This document shows, piece by piece, positions 51,150 through 64,000 of a stretch of DNA of 64,000 nucleotides. Both the position numbers and the translations under genes were made by a program. Under the pieces are notes generated by a model. The model worked only from the letters and a program-made list of their open reading frames with translations. It made no database searches and had not been told where the DNA came from. The stretch is from Octopus sinensis (Eukaryota): positions 53,816,001 through 53,880,000 of the forward strand of contig NC_043015.1 in NCBI RefSeq assembly GCF_006345805.1, given 5' to 3'. Every line of letters begins with the position of its first letter. Positions within the stretch are counted from its first letter, which is position 1.

Positions 51150-51606
51150 TCATTTTCGTATCCATGTCATTTTTCGTCTTCTCCTCTTGTCAGGGAAATT
51201 ACGACTTGGGCTTTTTAGCCATTCACAATCCAACCTAATCAATCAACATACTTTACATATGTCCTGTATATATTCTGTTGCAAGAAAACTTGCTACAAAA
51301 CATCACACCGCGTCATTCTATTCTTTTCCCCTCTCCGCGCTCTCCTGCATCCACCTCTGCATCCATCTATGCATACATACGTACATACATACACACGAAC
51401 ACACGCTCACATAGACATCTATACTCACATATACACACATATTTATGTAGCATGGCCACAGTCAAATGACTGATAGAGATTAAAGGAATATACATATATA
51501 ACACACACACACACATACATACATACATACACACATATATATTTACTATAATATGTATATATACATATGTATATATATATATACGCATATATAAATATAT
51601 ATACAT

Positions 51607-51651
<45 letters not shown>

Positions 51652-51677
51652 AAATTACAAAACACACACATTAGACA

Positions 51678-51723
<46 letters not shown>

Positions 51724-51743
51724 ATATACATTCGACGATGGCA

Positions 51744-51782
<39 letters not shown>

Positions 51783-51800
51783 ATACACACACACACATAG

Positions 51801-51876
<76 letters not shown>

Positions 51877-52319
51877 ATATACATTCGAAGATGCAATCAC
51901 ATATACATATATATATATATACATACGTACGTACATAGATATCCCGCCAAACCGTAATTCATTCAATGCCTAACCCAGCCTACTCACATGCAACACAACA
52001 CAAAACATACTTTCCACCTACATGTGCCCCCCACCAAGCACTGTCACATGACCGCCTCCCACCACTACCACCACCACCACTGTCTTACCATGCATCCGCC
52101 TCCGCCGCTGACACCGCCGACGCCGTCGCCGCCGCCACGGTACCGTTCCCTTACCGTCGTCCCATTCATCCGTCCTTTCTTTATTCACAGCTTTCTATTG
52201 CTTCGATGCAAAAATATAGTCACTTATGCAGTTAGCTTGCTTACGATATCAACTCGGTGCACAGTATGGCTGCAGTGAAACAAAAGCAGGTCTATTCTTT
52301 GGACCAGTCAAAATAGCTG

Positions 52320-52888
52320 CCAAGAGATAAAGGACGAGGGGAGGGGGTGAATGAAAGGAAAAGAAGGGAAAGGAAAGAGGAAGGGGTAGAAAAGAAGAAG
52401 AAGAAGAAAATGAGAGAGAGAGAGAGAGAGAGAGAGGTTGACAGATAAAGACATGGTGAGTGATGGGAGGGAAAGATAAACTATAAGTGAACGAATGATA
52501 AACCGTGAGGTCAGAGAAAGGTAGAGATATGTGTGAAAAAGAGAGATGAGAAAGAGAGAGAGAGGGGCTGACAGACGAAGGAAAGGCAGGAAAAGAGAGA
52601 GTGAAAGACAGAGAAAGAAAAGAAATGAAAGAAAGAAAGAAAGAAAGAAAAGAGAGACAGAAAGAAAAGAAAGAAAGGTCAGTGAATATGAACGAAAGAC
52701 AGAGTGAGGATAGAGTGAGAGATAGACAGAGAGAGAGAGAGAGAGTGGGAGAGTGAGTGGGCTGGTAGATAAAGAGATGGCAGAGAGAGAGAGAGTGGGG
52801 AAGACAGAGAGAGAGAGGGGCGCTGGTGAACAAAGATGGCAGAGAGAGTGAGAGTGAGGAAGTCAGAGCGGAAAGCAGAGAGAGAAAA

Positions 52889-52931
<43 letters not shown>

Positions 52932-53287
52932 CGAGAAAGAAAGATAATAAATAGGAAATAATGATACAGTGAAGATTGAGAGAAATAGACGCATCGAGGG
53001 AGAGAGAGAGGAGAGAGAGATTGAGAAAGATTGAGAGAGATAGAGAGAGAGAGTGGGAGGAGTGAGAGACAATATAACTAACAGTGATCACGTGCGAAAG
53101 AGAGAAAGATAGGCATACATACATAGATGTGGACGAGAAAGAGAGGGAGAAAATATATGTGAAAATGTGACAGCGGCTAAAAGAGAAAAGGAGAGAAAGA
53201 TAGAGAGAGAAAGATAGAGAGAGACACACAGACAGAATATAGGTTGAATTGCGATATAGAGGGAAACATAGAGATGTCCATGTGAGG

Positions 53288-53342
<55 letters not shown>

Positions 53343-53377
53343 CAGACAGACATACAGACAGACAGACAGACAGACAG

Positions 53378-53430
<53 letters not shown>

Positions 53431-53487
53431 CAGACAGATAGATAGACAGACAGACGGATAGACAAATAGACAGATAGAGAAATAGAC

Positions 53488-53520
<33 letters not shown>

Positions 53521-53545
53521 TAGACAGACAGACAGACAGACAGAC

Positions 53546-53587
<42 letters not shown>

Positions 53588-53589
53588 AC

Positions 53590-53633
<44 letters not shown>

Positions 53634-53757
53634 TGATAGATAGATAGATAGATTGATAGATAGATAGATAGATAGGTAGGTAGGTAGGTATGTAGGTAGG
53701 TAGGTAGGTAGGTAGGTAGGAAGGCGGAGAGTGAGTTAGGGAGACAGATATAGACAG

Positions 53758-53793
<36 letters not shown>

Positions 53794-54060
53794 TGAGAGA
53801 AATATGTACAAATGTAACAAACAGCAAGAATAAAAATGAAACAAAGTATGCAAATGGTAAAAGAGAGACATGGAAGTAAGGGGGAAGAAAAGGGAGAGAG
53901 AGAAAACGAAAGCGAAAGAGAGAGAAAGGGGGAAAATAGAGTAAGTGTATGCGTCTGTGAGAGTGTATGTGTGTGTGTTTGTGTGTCTGTATTTCACGTT
54001 ATGCTTGAGTGTATGTGCGTGTGCATGTGTATATGTGAGTGTATGTGTGTGCATGCTATG
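52320..54060. repeat. Roughly 1.7-kb purine-rich tract with (GA)n, (GAAA)n, (TAGA)n, (CAGA)n and (TAGG)n
   Basis: Direct inspection. It is the source of the spurious 601-aa ORF. Confidence 0.9.
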
Positions 54061-54320
54061 AATTAAGTAGCGAGAAGGGAAAGAAAATATCGTAAGACAA
54101 AATGGCGAGTTGACATGTCAAACTGACTGGACAGTTTTTCTTTCATTTCTTATCTGTTAGTCATTTATTATAAAGGTCGTTTTATTTCATTTTTGTTTGT
54201 ATTCTTCCTTCTTACATCTGTTCCGTGGCGTTCGTTTTGTCATTGCCTAAATGCATAATACTTAACATAAGAATATATGACAGATGTATACATTCCTTCC
54301 TCTATATATGTACATACATA

Positions 54321-54359
<39 letters not shown>

Positions 54360-54399
54360 CATGTACACAAATATGTAGTATATAGATCTGAAAGAACAA

Positions 54400-54490
54400 C
54401 AAATAGTGTGCATTAGTTTGACGCCCGGGAAATGTGGAAATAGTCTTTAATATTTCGAGCCTACGCTCTTCTACAGAAAGTATAGAGGAG
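54400..54490 (-). mobile_element. PLE terminal fragment with hammerhead-like motif (54445-54480)
   Basis: Reverse complement cttt-CTGTAGA-agagc(gtag)gctc-GAAA-tatt-aaag. Confidence 0.6.
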
Positions 54491-54939
54491 GAGAGAAAGA
54501 GGAGTGCCTGAATTAAACGTCCAAAGAATTATACTTTTATACATATGCATATTCTTGCACAACTCTCTGTCTCTCTTTGCCTCTCTCTGTCTCTCTCTCT
54601 CTCTGTCTCGATATATCTATGCATACCTATATACATAGCTTAAAGAGACAATAGCCGTAGAAGCAACAAAAAACGTACTCCATCCAGTGACAGATGAATA
54701 TCAATCCGATACGTAATCGAAAAAGCTATCATGTTTCCTGATACTTGAACAAGCATATCAGAAAATACGCTAAGATACATGGCGTATTCTATAACTCTCT
54801 AAATAAATTGATATATATATACATCTGAATATGAAGATATAATATATATTATATATATTATATATATATATATATATATATTATACACGCACATTAACAC
54901 AACAAATATAAATCTATATATTCCTTTGTAATTTTATCT

Positions 54940-55084
54940 GTTTCAATCATGCAGACGTGCAACAGCACCACCTTTAGTTGAAGACATCAACCCTAGGACA
55001 TATTCATTGTGAGACTTCTAAGTTATGGTGACGTAAACACACCAACATTGGTTGTCAATAGATGAAGGCGGGACAAATTCAGAC

Positions 55085-55122
<38 letters not shown>

Positions 55123-55140
55123 CAGACACACACACACATG

Positions 55141-55174
<34 letters not shown>

Positions 55175-55340
55175 GTATATATAAGTATATATATAATATC
55201 TATATGTCGGACTTCTTTCAGTTTCCGTCTACCAAATCTATTCATACGCGTTTGGTCGGCCCGAGTCTATAGTAGAAGACTGAACCCGGAACCTTGAGGT
55301 TCAGAAGCAAGCTTCTTACCACGCCACTACGCCTGCGTCT
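54940..55340 (-). mobile_element. SINE family A, degenerate inverted copy
   Basis: Tail, (TA)n/(TG)n interior and head ..cttctttcagtttccgtctaccaaatc..gaacccggaacc. Confidence 0.7.
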
Positions 55341-55544
55341 ACATACATGCACATACATATATATATGTATATATATATTTATTTTAACACACGGTTTCAC
55401 ATCAAGAAACTTGCAACACAAATTGATAAATATATATGTATATATATATTGAAATGTATATATATACTGAAATGTTCACTATAAAATTATTTTAGCATTT
55501 TCTATTTTTTACTTGTTTTTTCATATATATATATATATATTACG

Positions 55545-55690
55545 TACCCGCAACTTAGCACTTCGGCTAAAGACACTGATAGAATAAGTACCAGGGTTAA
55601 AACGGGAGGCCTAGATTTGATTCGGTCCAGAAATATTTCTACAAGGTTTTACCCAAGCATGGCCGCAGTCAAAAGACTGAAACAAGTAAA
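55545..55690 (+). mobile_element. SINE family A tail
   Basis: cccgcaacttagcacttcggc..gaataagtaccagg..gcatggccgcagtcaaaagactgaaacaagtaaaa. Confidence 0.7.
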
Positions 55691-56188
55691 ATGTAAAATC
55701 TAACAATATGAAATACAACTCACTGCTTCTAGTATATTAATCCTATTTGTTTCCACCCAGCCCTCTCCTGTTGCTGACAAATGGCCGTTGTCTGCAGCCC
55801 ACAATGTATTAATATATGTACAATGAATAAATCAGAAATGAAAAGACAAAAATATTAGCTTCATAGAGAGGCTAACACTCTTATTAAATGCCAAAGAAAC
55901 AGATTTATATGTTAGAAGACGTCGTTGAAAATTTATTAGGCGAACGCAAGAAAACATCGCCATGTTATGACAAATATCTTTACCGGAAGTATATCTAGGA
56001 AACGGGCTACTGAGAGGAAAGAGATTATATAATTTGTGGTGATAAATTTTGTTGAAATATGTTTATTAACAACTTTCGTTGTTTAACAAGTGTTTAAAAT
56101 TGAAGTAAATTAATTTAACATATTTTTACTTTGATTTCGGTTTTCTTTTTGCAGAGAAATACGGACGTTTCTTTTGATTTTTATCAAA

Positions 56189-56223
<35 letters not shown>

Positions 56224-56399
56224 ATTACTACATATAAAGTATACACAAACACACGTGTGTTTAGATATATATATATATATACAAACATACATACATATAT
56301 ACGCATAGAAGTACATATACATGCAATGGATAAATTGTCGCCATTTTATTTTTGTCTTTATTTCGCGCATGCAGTTTGCTTGTTTTTGATTTTTTCGAC

Positions 56400-57010
56400 T
56401 ACACAGTATAGCAGGGTTAGTTGGGTACCCTCTGTGAAAAAAACAGGACCATGAGGCAATTCAAACTGCGAGAAATTTGGAAACGACATGCTGTATTACT
56501 TGGAATTCGCGCCTGAAGCTCCAATACGAACATCTCAAAGTGTTTGGATGTCAAACTAAGGACGGTGCAGTCAGAGGACATGTACTGAGAGGGATAACAA
56601 TATAGTTAACAGCATGGTGTTTGAAGTGATCACAAGTGATGGCGACGTTCTGCCTCCATTTTTCTTCACACACGGCTTCATACTCAACATGGGGGTCTAC
56701 ATCAAGTGCTTTGAGGAGGTAGTGCTGCCTTGGGTCGAGATGGTGGCTGCTGGAAGAACCTATGTCCGACAACAGGACTCTGCACCATGCCACACAAGCA
56801 GAGGTATCTAGTTATTGCTGTCAGACTATTTCTGCGACCATATCACCTCTAACATCTGTCCACTTAACCCCCAAGACTACAACCCACTTCATTATTATGT
56901 GTGGGGTGCAGTTGAACGAGAGAGTAACATAATTCCTTGTAATACCAAAGATGAACTGAAGGGAAGGATTATGGCCGCATTCACCAACTTAAGCAAGGAG
57001 ACCGTATGCT
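56400..57010 (+). pseudogene. Tc1/mariner-superfamily transposase remnant with DD37D (maT-like) spacing
   Basis: MVFEVITSDGDVLPPFFF..YIKCFEEVVLPWV..QQDSAPCHTS..PQDYNPLHYYVWGAVE..DELKGRI. There are 37 residues between the QQD aspartate and the NPL(D) position (H in this copy). The N-terminus is truncated by a deletion. Confidence 0.82.
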
Positions 57011-57061
57011 AGTATTCATGTATATATGTATATATGTATATATGTATATATATATATATAT

Positions 57062-57159
<98 letters not shown>

Positions 57160-57174
57160 CATATATATATAAAT

Positions 57175-57622
57175 AAATGAAAGAATGGAGTCGAACGAAG
57201 ATGTTAACAAAATTCCTTTACTCCCAGTTATCCAAGAGAATTTCAAACCATTATTCAACATTCAGGGATAGTAAAAAACGACATAGTACAGGGCTAAGTA
57301 AATTAGTTTGGCGTCTTAAAGACAACAATATAAATTTCAAGTTAGATTGGTTCATACTGTCTGCATCCTTTCCTTTTGATAAGGGCAGGAGATTTTGTAA
57401 CATTTGCAACTCTGAACTCTTCCATATTCTCTTCTCTAAGGTTCCCCTTGTAAACACACTCATAGAGAAATCATACAAATGTAAACACTGGCAGAAACAT
57501 ACTTTTTACTCATATAAATGATAACGATAGTCACTGTGGTTTGAACAATTAGCTTAACATGCACTCCACTTCAATAGCGAAATTCTTTCCTAAGCCTTCG
57601 AACATTCTTTCAATCCCTCTCC

Positions 57623-57625
<3 letters not shown>
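57175..57625 (+). pseudogene. Penelope-like GIY-YIG C-terminal remnant plus 3' UTR
   Basis: ..KRISNHYSTFRDSKKRHSTGLSKLVWRLKDNNINFKLDWFIL..RRFCNICNSELFHIL..KCKHWQKH, parallel to 44300-44540. Confidence 0.8.
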
Positions 57626-57655
<30 letters not shown>

Positions 57656-57660
57656 ATATA

Positions 57661-57733
57661 TACTTTGATACTTTGATAGGTTTCGGCCATTATTGGCCCA
57701 GGCCATGTCTAACTTAATAGCACCACCTGGTGC
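57661..57733 (-). mobile_element. CR1-type LINE extreme 3' tip
   Basis: Reverse complement caggtggtgctattaagttagacatggcctgg..gaaacctatcaaagtatcaaagta matches 11810-11880. Confidence 0.75.
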
Positions 57734-57759
57734 TATATACATATATATATGTATGTATA

Positions 57760-57910
57760 TAGTTGGAATTTACAGAAAACCAAAAGATGAAGGCAGGTGT
57801 ATAAACAATAAACAGATGTATTAGTTTGACGCTCGGGAAGATGTGAAAGTATTTTACGTTTCGAGCCTACGCTCTTCAACTGAAAGTAACGTGAAGAAAT
57901 AAACAGAAAG
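57760..57910 (-). mobile_element. PLE terminal fragment with hammerhead-like motif (57851-57886)
   Basis: Reverse complement cttt-CAGTTGA-agagc(gtag)gctc-GAAA-CGTA-aaat. Confidence 0.6.
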
Positions 57911-57970
57911 AGAATAAATAAATAAATAAATGAATAAATAAATATATATATATATATATATTGTGTGTGT

Positions 57971-58009
<39 letters not shown>

Positions 58010-58129
58010 TGTGTGTGTCTGCAGCTACCACCTGACAACTGGTGTTGGAGTGTTCATGTGTATAACCGATAGAATAAATACGTGACCGAAGCCCAATGAC
58101 TGAAACAAGTAAAAGAGACAAGATAAAAT

Positions 58130-58410
58130 ATATTTGTCTACTACGATTAAAGCACAGATTAGTATACATTGGAGAAACTGGCCGGAGACAGCATAATAGT
58201 TCCCCTGAGCACCTCAATGAATATTTAAACTACAGCAGGTCCTCTTTCGTTTGCAGCTTCTTTCTACTCAGGTAGCCATACGATTCGGCACCTCTTTGTT
58301 TTCAATCTTGCGTCATATAAAGGAAGAGCAACATCCTGCCTACCATTAAAGCAATTATCTTCGTTGGATGGACTTATCCAGCGGGAAGACTTAATTTAAT
58401 CTCTCACTTT
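58130..58410 (+). pseudogene. Penelope-like GIY-YIG endonuclease remnant (different subfamily)
   Basis: LVYIGETGRRQHNSSPEHL matches the YIGETGR..RF.EH motif. Confidence 0.6.
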
Positions 58411-58621
58411 CGCATTTATTGTTTTTCTCACTTTGTCTAGCTCTCTCGCTCTCTTTCTCCCTCTCTCTCTCTCTTTCTCCCCCCTCTCTCTCTCATACAC
58501 ACACACACATATAAATATGTATATATATACGCACACACACATATATAATATATGCATATATATGTATATGTGTATGCATGTTTATATACATGTATATGTA
58601 TACATATATGTGTATATATAA

Positions 58622-58652
<31 letters not shown>

Positions 58653-58959
58653 CATACACATACATAGATGCATACATACATATATACAGGAGACAGAAAA
58701 TAAAAACGAAAGGCAGAAAGGAAGGAAAAAGGAGAGAAAGAGAGAATGGAAGAAAGAATTGAAAACATTTGTTAGACAAATAGCTAGAGTTTACTGTTAA
58801 GAAACATATCCTGTCTGTGTTTGCGTGCGAGTGTGTGTGCGTGCGTGCGTGTGTATGTATATGAGTGAGAGAGAGAGGGGGGAGCGAGAGAGGGGGGAGC
58901 GAGAGAGAGGGAGAGCGATAATTTGACGGACAAACAGTCAGACATTGTGACAGTCAGAA

Positions 58960-59260
58960 TGACAGGCGTACAAATTGAAAGGAATGAAATCTCTCGACTA
59001 AAGAAACTCCTGTGTTGGCATTCTTTTACAGGGAAATCTACTTAGCTGGTCATTTTAATGTAGCCTTTATGTTAAAGTTCGATATTGACAAAGTTTATAG
59101 ACAATCAATAGCTGACATCGTTCTTGATTAGTCCTGTCAATAGATTGGACCGAGAAAGACATCGTATTGTCAGAAATTTCTCGTATGAAATAATCTACTA
59201 TTCGGCTAGGGTCTGGTTTTCGTGAGGTGAGACTCGGTCGAGTGTCTCATTATCATCCTA
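58960..59260 (+). pseudogene. Possible LINE APE-endonuclease remnant
   Basis: EIYLAGHFNV resembles the conserved xxxGDFN motif; the rest is degenerate. Confidence 0.35.
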
Positions 59261-59299
59261 ATACTATGTATGTATGTTTCTATAGGAAAATTAATATTT

Positions 59300-59500
59300 A
59301 TCTATCATCTGTCTCTCTGTCTATCTATGTATCTACCTATCTATCTCCCTGTCTATATCTCTGTCTATCTATGTCTCTACCTATCTATCTCCCTGTCTAT
59401 CTCTCTATCTATGTATCTACCTTTCTATCTCTCTGTCTATCTATGTATCTACCTATCTATCTCTATGTCTATCTCTCTGTCTATCTATGTATCTACCTAT
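59300..59500. repeat. Higher-order (TATC/TGTC)-derived tandem repeat
   Basis: Recurring ctctgtctatctatgtatctacct block (about 4 copies). Confidence 0.8.
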
Positions 59501-61056
59501 CTCAAAAGCCTTCGATAAGGTAGACCATCACTACTTGGGGTCTGTCCTTAAAGCGGCTGGTTTTGGTCCCATCTTCCGCGGTTGGATCACTGCCTTATGC
59601 AGCGGCAACCACTCGGTAGTTCGCGTAAATGGTCATCTATCCAGACCTTTTAACATCATGCGTTCGGTTCGTCAAGGATGACCCCTCTCATCACTTCTGT
59701 ATGTATTGACTCTTGAGCCACTACTGCGGAAACTAGCGACGCTGAGGGGCATCCCACGAGAACTGGGATGCGTGATGAGCGTGGCTGCATACGTGGACGA
59801 CATCACCGTCATAGTGTCGAGTCACAAGCACATCGATCTTGTCGGCGAGACACTAAAAGAATACGAAGCGGTAACGGGAGCAGAAATTAACTGGGAAAAG
59901 TCAGTGGACTTGCGGCTTGGCACCTGAAGAAGCAAGCCCATGTCATCCAAACATGGGCCGAGTGAAAGCTACCTCTAAAAGGTCGGGCAGAGGTAGCTAA
60001 TGCGTATATCGCATCAATCATCGATTACCACCTGACCGTCGTGCCTTTTCCGATGCCACCATCACGAAACTAGAACGCGTACTCTTCCGCTTTCTGTGGA
60101 AGGGTGGCGATCCGATGGTGAGGCGATCCATTTGCTGTCAACATCCGTTAACTGAAGGACTGGGGATGCCGTGTATATGATGCGCAGGCAAGCGCTGAGA
60201 CTGCGGCATCTCTGGAATTTCATTGACGACGGTGAACAGGTGAGGGCGCCGTTCGTGAGGCGCGCCTTCCCACAGCTCGTCTCACTGACCGAACTGCAAA
60301 CATGGATCAAAAAGAGACCGAACCTGGGCGATTAGCACCGCGAGTGTCGCCAAGCTCTACAGCACCTCTGCAGTCCGGGATCAAACTTGTGCAACTTCCA
60401 AACGATTAATGCGTTCTATAGAGGACTAGTGGAGGGGCGGTCCGACGACATTCTTGGGGCAATCCTGGGTGCCGACGAGAAATTCTTAACCCGCTTTTCA
60501 AGATGACGTTCGGGTCGGGGCCTATGGATAACTTCCAGAGATCCCTGGCTTGGCAATGCTATCGGGACGCACTACCAGTTCGTGAGATCTACAGACACGG
60601 TTCGAAAACCACCAGACCGACCTGCCCGAGATGCGGTCAGAGCGACGAACCCGTTCTGCACGCACTCGTGCAGTGTCCACATATTTCAGAGCTGCGGACC
60701 TTCGTTGAACGGCTGTTGTCACGTGTGGGACAGGCCTGCTTGTCAGCCGAGTCTATTGTGAATATTGTTCCGCCACCTTTCTTTAAACGGGAAGGGAAAA
60801 CAGTTTTCGTAACACTGATAGCTATGGCGAAAGAATGCGTGTGGTGGACGCGTTTGAAAGCCCTACAAACAAACACTTTCCTCTCTGGTCAGTCTCTCTT
60901 CAACTTTTTCAAGTACCACTTGAAAAGGAGGATTAGAATAGAGAGGAAACTGTTGTCGAATGAAAGTTTCAATAAAAAACGGGTAAATGTAGCAAGAGTG
61001 GTAAGTATGAAAGACGACACCATTTTAAGCATAAATCTATAACAAAAAGAGAAAAC
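59499..61056 (+). pseudogene. 5'-truncated Tx1/L1-clade LINE ORF2 (RT plus zf-RVT) with A-rich tail
   Basis: ISKAFDKVDH..GWITALCS..VRVNGHLS..RSVRQG*PLS.LLYVLTLEPLL..AAYVDDIT..GAEINWEKS; C-terminal LAWQCYRDALPV..CPRCGQSDEPVLHALVQC..AKECVWWTR; stop at about 61042. Confidence 0.92.
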
Positions 61057-61299
61057 GAGAGGAAAGGTACTTACTCGTATGTACATTTTGAACAAGGTGC
61101 CAGGCAGTGGGACTGAACTCAGTTCAATGTGGTTGGGAAGCAAGCTACTAATTACACCACAACTCATCATTTTGTAAAAATAAACCTGACCTCAGAGCCA
61201 AGAAAATGTTTTTTCTATCAAATATTATATAGTGATGCTGCTTTCATTTTCATTTATATTCTTCAATATATACTTCGTTGTCATCTGCATCATTGTCGT

Positions 61300-61640
61300 C
61301 ATCAGTAGGGTAGGTCATAATGTGGATTGTCAACAACATCAAGCACATCATCATCTTTATTCAATACTCTTCAACCTCATCATCATCATCATCATCATCA
61401 TCACTGACATGAACACCACCACCACCATCACCAACACCATCATCATCATCTCATCATTATTATCATCATCATCATCTTCATCATCATCATCATCATCACA
61501 TCATCATCATCATCATCATCATAATTATTATCGTGGTCGTCGTTGTCATCATCATCCTCATCCTCACCGTCATCCTCATCATTATTATCAAGATTAACGT
61601 CACCGACTCCAGCACCTTCATCGCCATCACCATCATCTTC
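61300..61640. repeat. (CAT)n-rich trinucleotide region
   Basis: Direct inspection. Confidence 0.9.
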
Positions 61641-61923
61641 TGGTATTCAAAATACCATCATTGCCTGCTCGTCCGGACACAGTTGTGTCCTCCTCTATTA
61701 AAGCAGAGACGAATATCACACGACGAATATCAATGGTAACAACAACAACAATAACAACAATAACAAAATCAACAAAATCAACAGAAGTAACTAACAACGG
61801 AACGAAAATGATAATGGAAATCTTCGATATATACATATATATATGTGTGTGGGTGTGTGTGTTGTGGTGTGTGTATACGTATATTTATACATATATATGT
61901 ATATATATATATTATATATATAT

Positions 61924-61965
<42 letters not shown>

Positions 61966-62059
61966 ATATTTATATGTATATATATATAAGATATAATATA
62001 TGTATATGTATATCTATATCTATATCAATATCTATATCTATATCTATCTATATATATTT

Positions 62060-62490
62060 CTTTTTTTTTCACTTGTTCAGTCATTTGACTGTGGCCATGC
62101 TGGAGCACCGCCTTTAGTCGAGCAAATCGAGCCCAGGACTTATTCTTTGTAAGCCTAGTACTTACTCTATCGGTCTCCTTTGCCGAACCGCTAAATTACG
62201 GGGACGTAAACACACCAACATCAGTTGTCAAGTGATGTTGGGGGAACAAACACAGACACACAAACCTATACACACAATACATATATATATATATTATATA
62301 TATATATATAAGTATATATATATACGACGGGCTTCTTTTCAGTTTCCGTCTACCAAATCCACTCACAAGGCTTTGGACGGCCCGAGACTATAGTAGAAGA
62401 CACTTGCCCAACGTTCCACGCAGTGGGGCTGAACCCGGAACCACGTGGTTGGTAAGCAAGCTACTTACCACACAGCCACTCCTACGCCTG
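62060..62490 (-). mobile_element. SINE family A, well-preserved inverted copy
   Basis: Full tail, (CA)/(TA) interior and head ..cacgcagtggggctgaacccggaaccacgtggttggtaagcaagctacttaccacacagcc. Confidence 0.88.
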
Positions 62491-62559
62491 GTGTAGTTTG
62501 AAAGAGAGTCTGGGTCCATTGCCATGGCAGTCTCTTTGAGATCAAAGAGATAAAAGCAC

Positions 62560-62800
62560 TGGGAACATTGAAACATGCCATTTGAAGGCTGCAAGAAAAA
62601 TATTCGCTGGGGAGAGAATTCCAGAGAGCTGACATTTTAAGTATGGAAGACTGACCATGGGTAAGTAGGGAGCTTAGGGTGGGTTGTATACACAACACTG
62701 ATGATGAACAGAGAAATGAGTGAGTCAGGAGTGCCTGAGTGGTGGTGATTCTAGATTAGCCAGGTAGTGGATTAGAGTCACTATACCTACGGCAGAGTAA
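62560..62800 (-). pseudogene. CR1/L2-type LINE 3' coding remnant
   Basis: ..SALWNSLPSEYF.. matches the terminal R.WNSLP motif of CR1/L2/Jockey ORF2. Confidence 0.55.
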
Positions 62801-64000
62801 GAGGAAACAGTATTCCGATTATCAGTCGTATTGCATGAATTTACTAAGGGTTGTAAAAGAGTCAGTATGGGAAAAGCGATGTTATTGAATAATTAAGGGT
62901 TGACGTAGTAAATGCACAGAACATAAAATATAAATAAAAAATATTCCGAGAGAAAATGTGATTAAAATTTCAGTTTCCGTTGATGACAATTTTGAGATAT
63001 TATTTTGGCCAGTTCAGATATATTTGAGCACGTTTTAACCACGACTATCCTATGATTATAGTGGAAATTTGACAGAAAATTTCGATCTAAATATATACTT
63101 GCTCGTTTATGAATTTGTGGGGGAAAATTTGGCTGTTAAAAACGATTACTTCCTCGTTCTCTTATCTTATAACTAAATAGTAAGATAAGTTGTGAAATTG
63201 CTTTGTTGAGTATTTAAGGCAGCATCTCACAATAGTTGTCTCCCCTACATCACTTTAAAATATTTTAGAAAATCGCTGTTTTGCACGTTAAATATGCCTA
63301 TATTTTACTCGCCGAATTTTTGGCGCTAATTTCAGAATGTCGAAGCTGTTGCGGTGACAATTCCATTCTCATTTTCATCCACCAGCTGTTTGCAAATATA
63401 GAATGCCGAAAAGCTGTTTTAATAACTCCATACCCATGCTTCAATTCTTCAGCCGTGCAGAAAAGAACAGATTTGCCGTCATGAATTTAGCACAATATTC
63501 CTCCAGTTGTGAAAGCATAGCCACAGATCTATCTATATGCACCAGCTATTTTGTCATAGATAACAGTTTTTCTCTCACAGCGTGTATAAATTGTTGTTTG
63601 TATTCTTCATTCAAAGATGAACAAAAAAAACACTATGCACAGTGTAGTTTGGGGAACTGTAATATGAAGATCGAAGTGCGATTCACCTACCTCTGTGTCG
63701 ACTGTCCGGCTAGGTTAAATCCAAGAATCGCCCTACCCATCTGACCTATCGCTTGAACCTACGCTAATTCCTTTTCCATCTTGCACGTCTACACGCGCCC
63801 GTCCGTTGCCCGAGGCCAAAGAGATATATATATGTATAATTTAAGGTAAAATTTTTCGAAAAAATTTCTATCAATGGCCAGCATATTAAAAAAATACCTT
63901 TAAAGGTTAAATTTATAAACAATTAATTTATAAGTAAGGGCAAAAGAAAAAAATTATAATGCTAAAATATGCTGAAAATAGACATAACGTCAATAACCAT

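Noticed and set aside
51680-51900. Local duplication of about 150 bp (tacattcga.gatg.caatca)
   Set aside because: Ordinary slippage duplication among microsatellites.
52249-54054. 601-aa ORF and the many YIYI/LSIY/HTHT/IIII ORFs in the track
   Set aside because: They are translations of microsatellites and purine/pyrimidine tracts that lack stops by composition; there is no domain signal.
61232-61996. Poly-His/Ser/Thr ORFs
   Set aside because: They derive from (CAT)n and (AAC)n trinucleotide tracts, with no splice or domain evidence.

Overview
AT-rich, microsatellite-saturated eukaryotic DNA with one 100-N gap (2675-2774). The repeat families resemble those I associate with octopus/coleoid genomes; this is inference and was not searched. 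I cannot support any host protein-coding exon with confidence, and nearly all ORFs in the supplied track are translations of (TA)n, (CA)n, (CT)n, (TAGA)n, (TATG)n or (AAT)n. The window is a graveyard of mobile elements: tRNA-derived SINEs of three families, Tc1/mariner-superfamily remnants (mariner, Tc1-like, DD37D), hAT and Tigger-like ends, LINE fragments (RTE, CR1/L2, Tx1, R4/Dong) and many Penelope-like element (PLE) pieces. The standout feature is 46681-47948: a 483-bp tandem unit, present as one forward copy and about 1.55 inverted copies, inserted in (TA)n. Each unit carries a type I hammerhead ribozyme fold. One copy (47235-47347) has a complete core: CUGACGA, GAAA, a GUA cleavage triplet, a bulged stem I and a long stem II. 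The 483-nt piece between cleavage sites is extensively self-complementary. This is the architecture of a non-LTR retrozyme (a circular-RNA-producing non-autonomous retroelement), and it lies next to PLE RT/GIY-YIG remnants. The window also holds several minimal, PLE-associated hammerhead motifs with variant cores, a partial HDV-like ribozyme fold at the 5' end of a putative RTE-type LINE, several long fold-back palindromes and a stack of (AAT)n-associated retroelement ends. All RNA structures were paired by hand and none has been tested.
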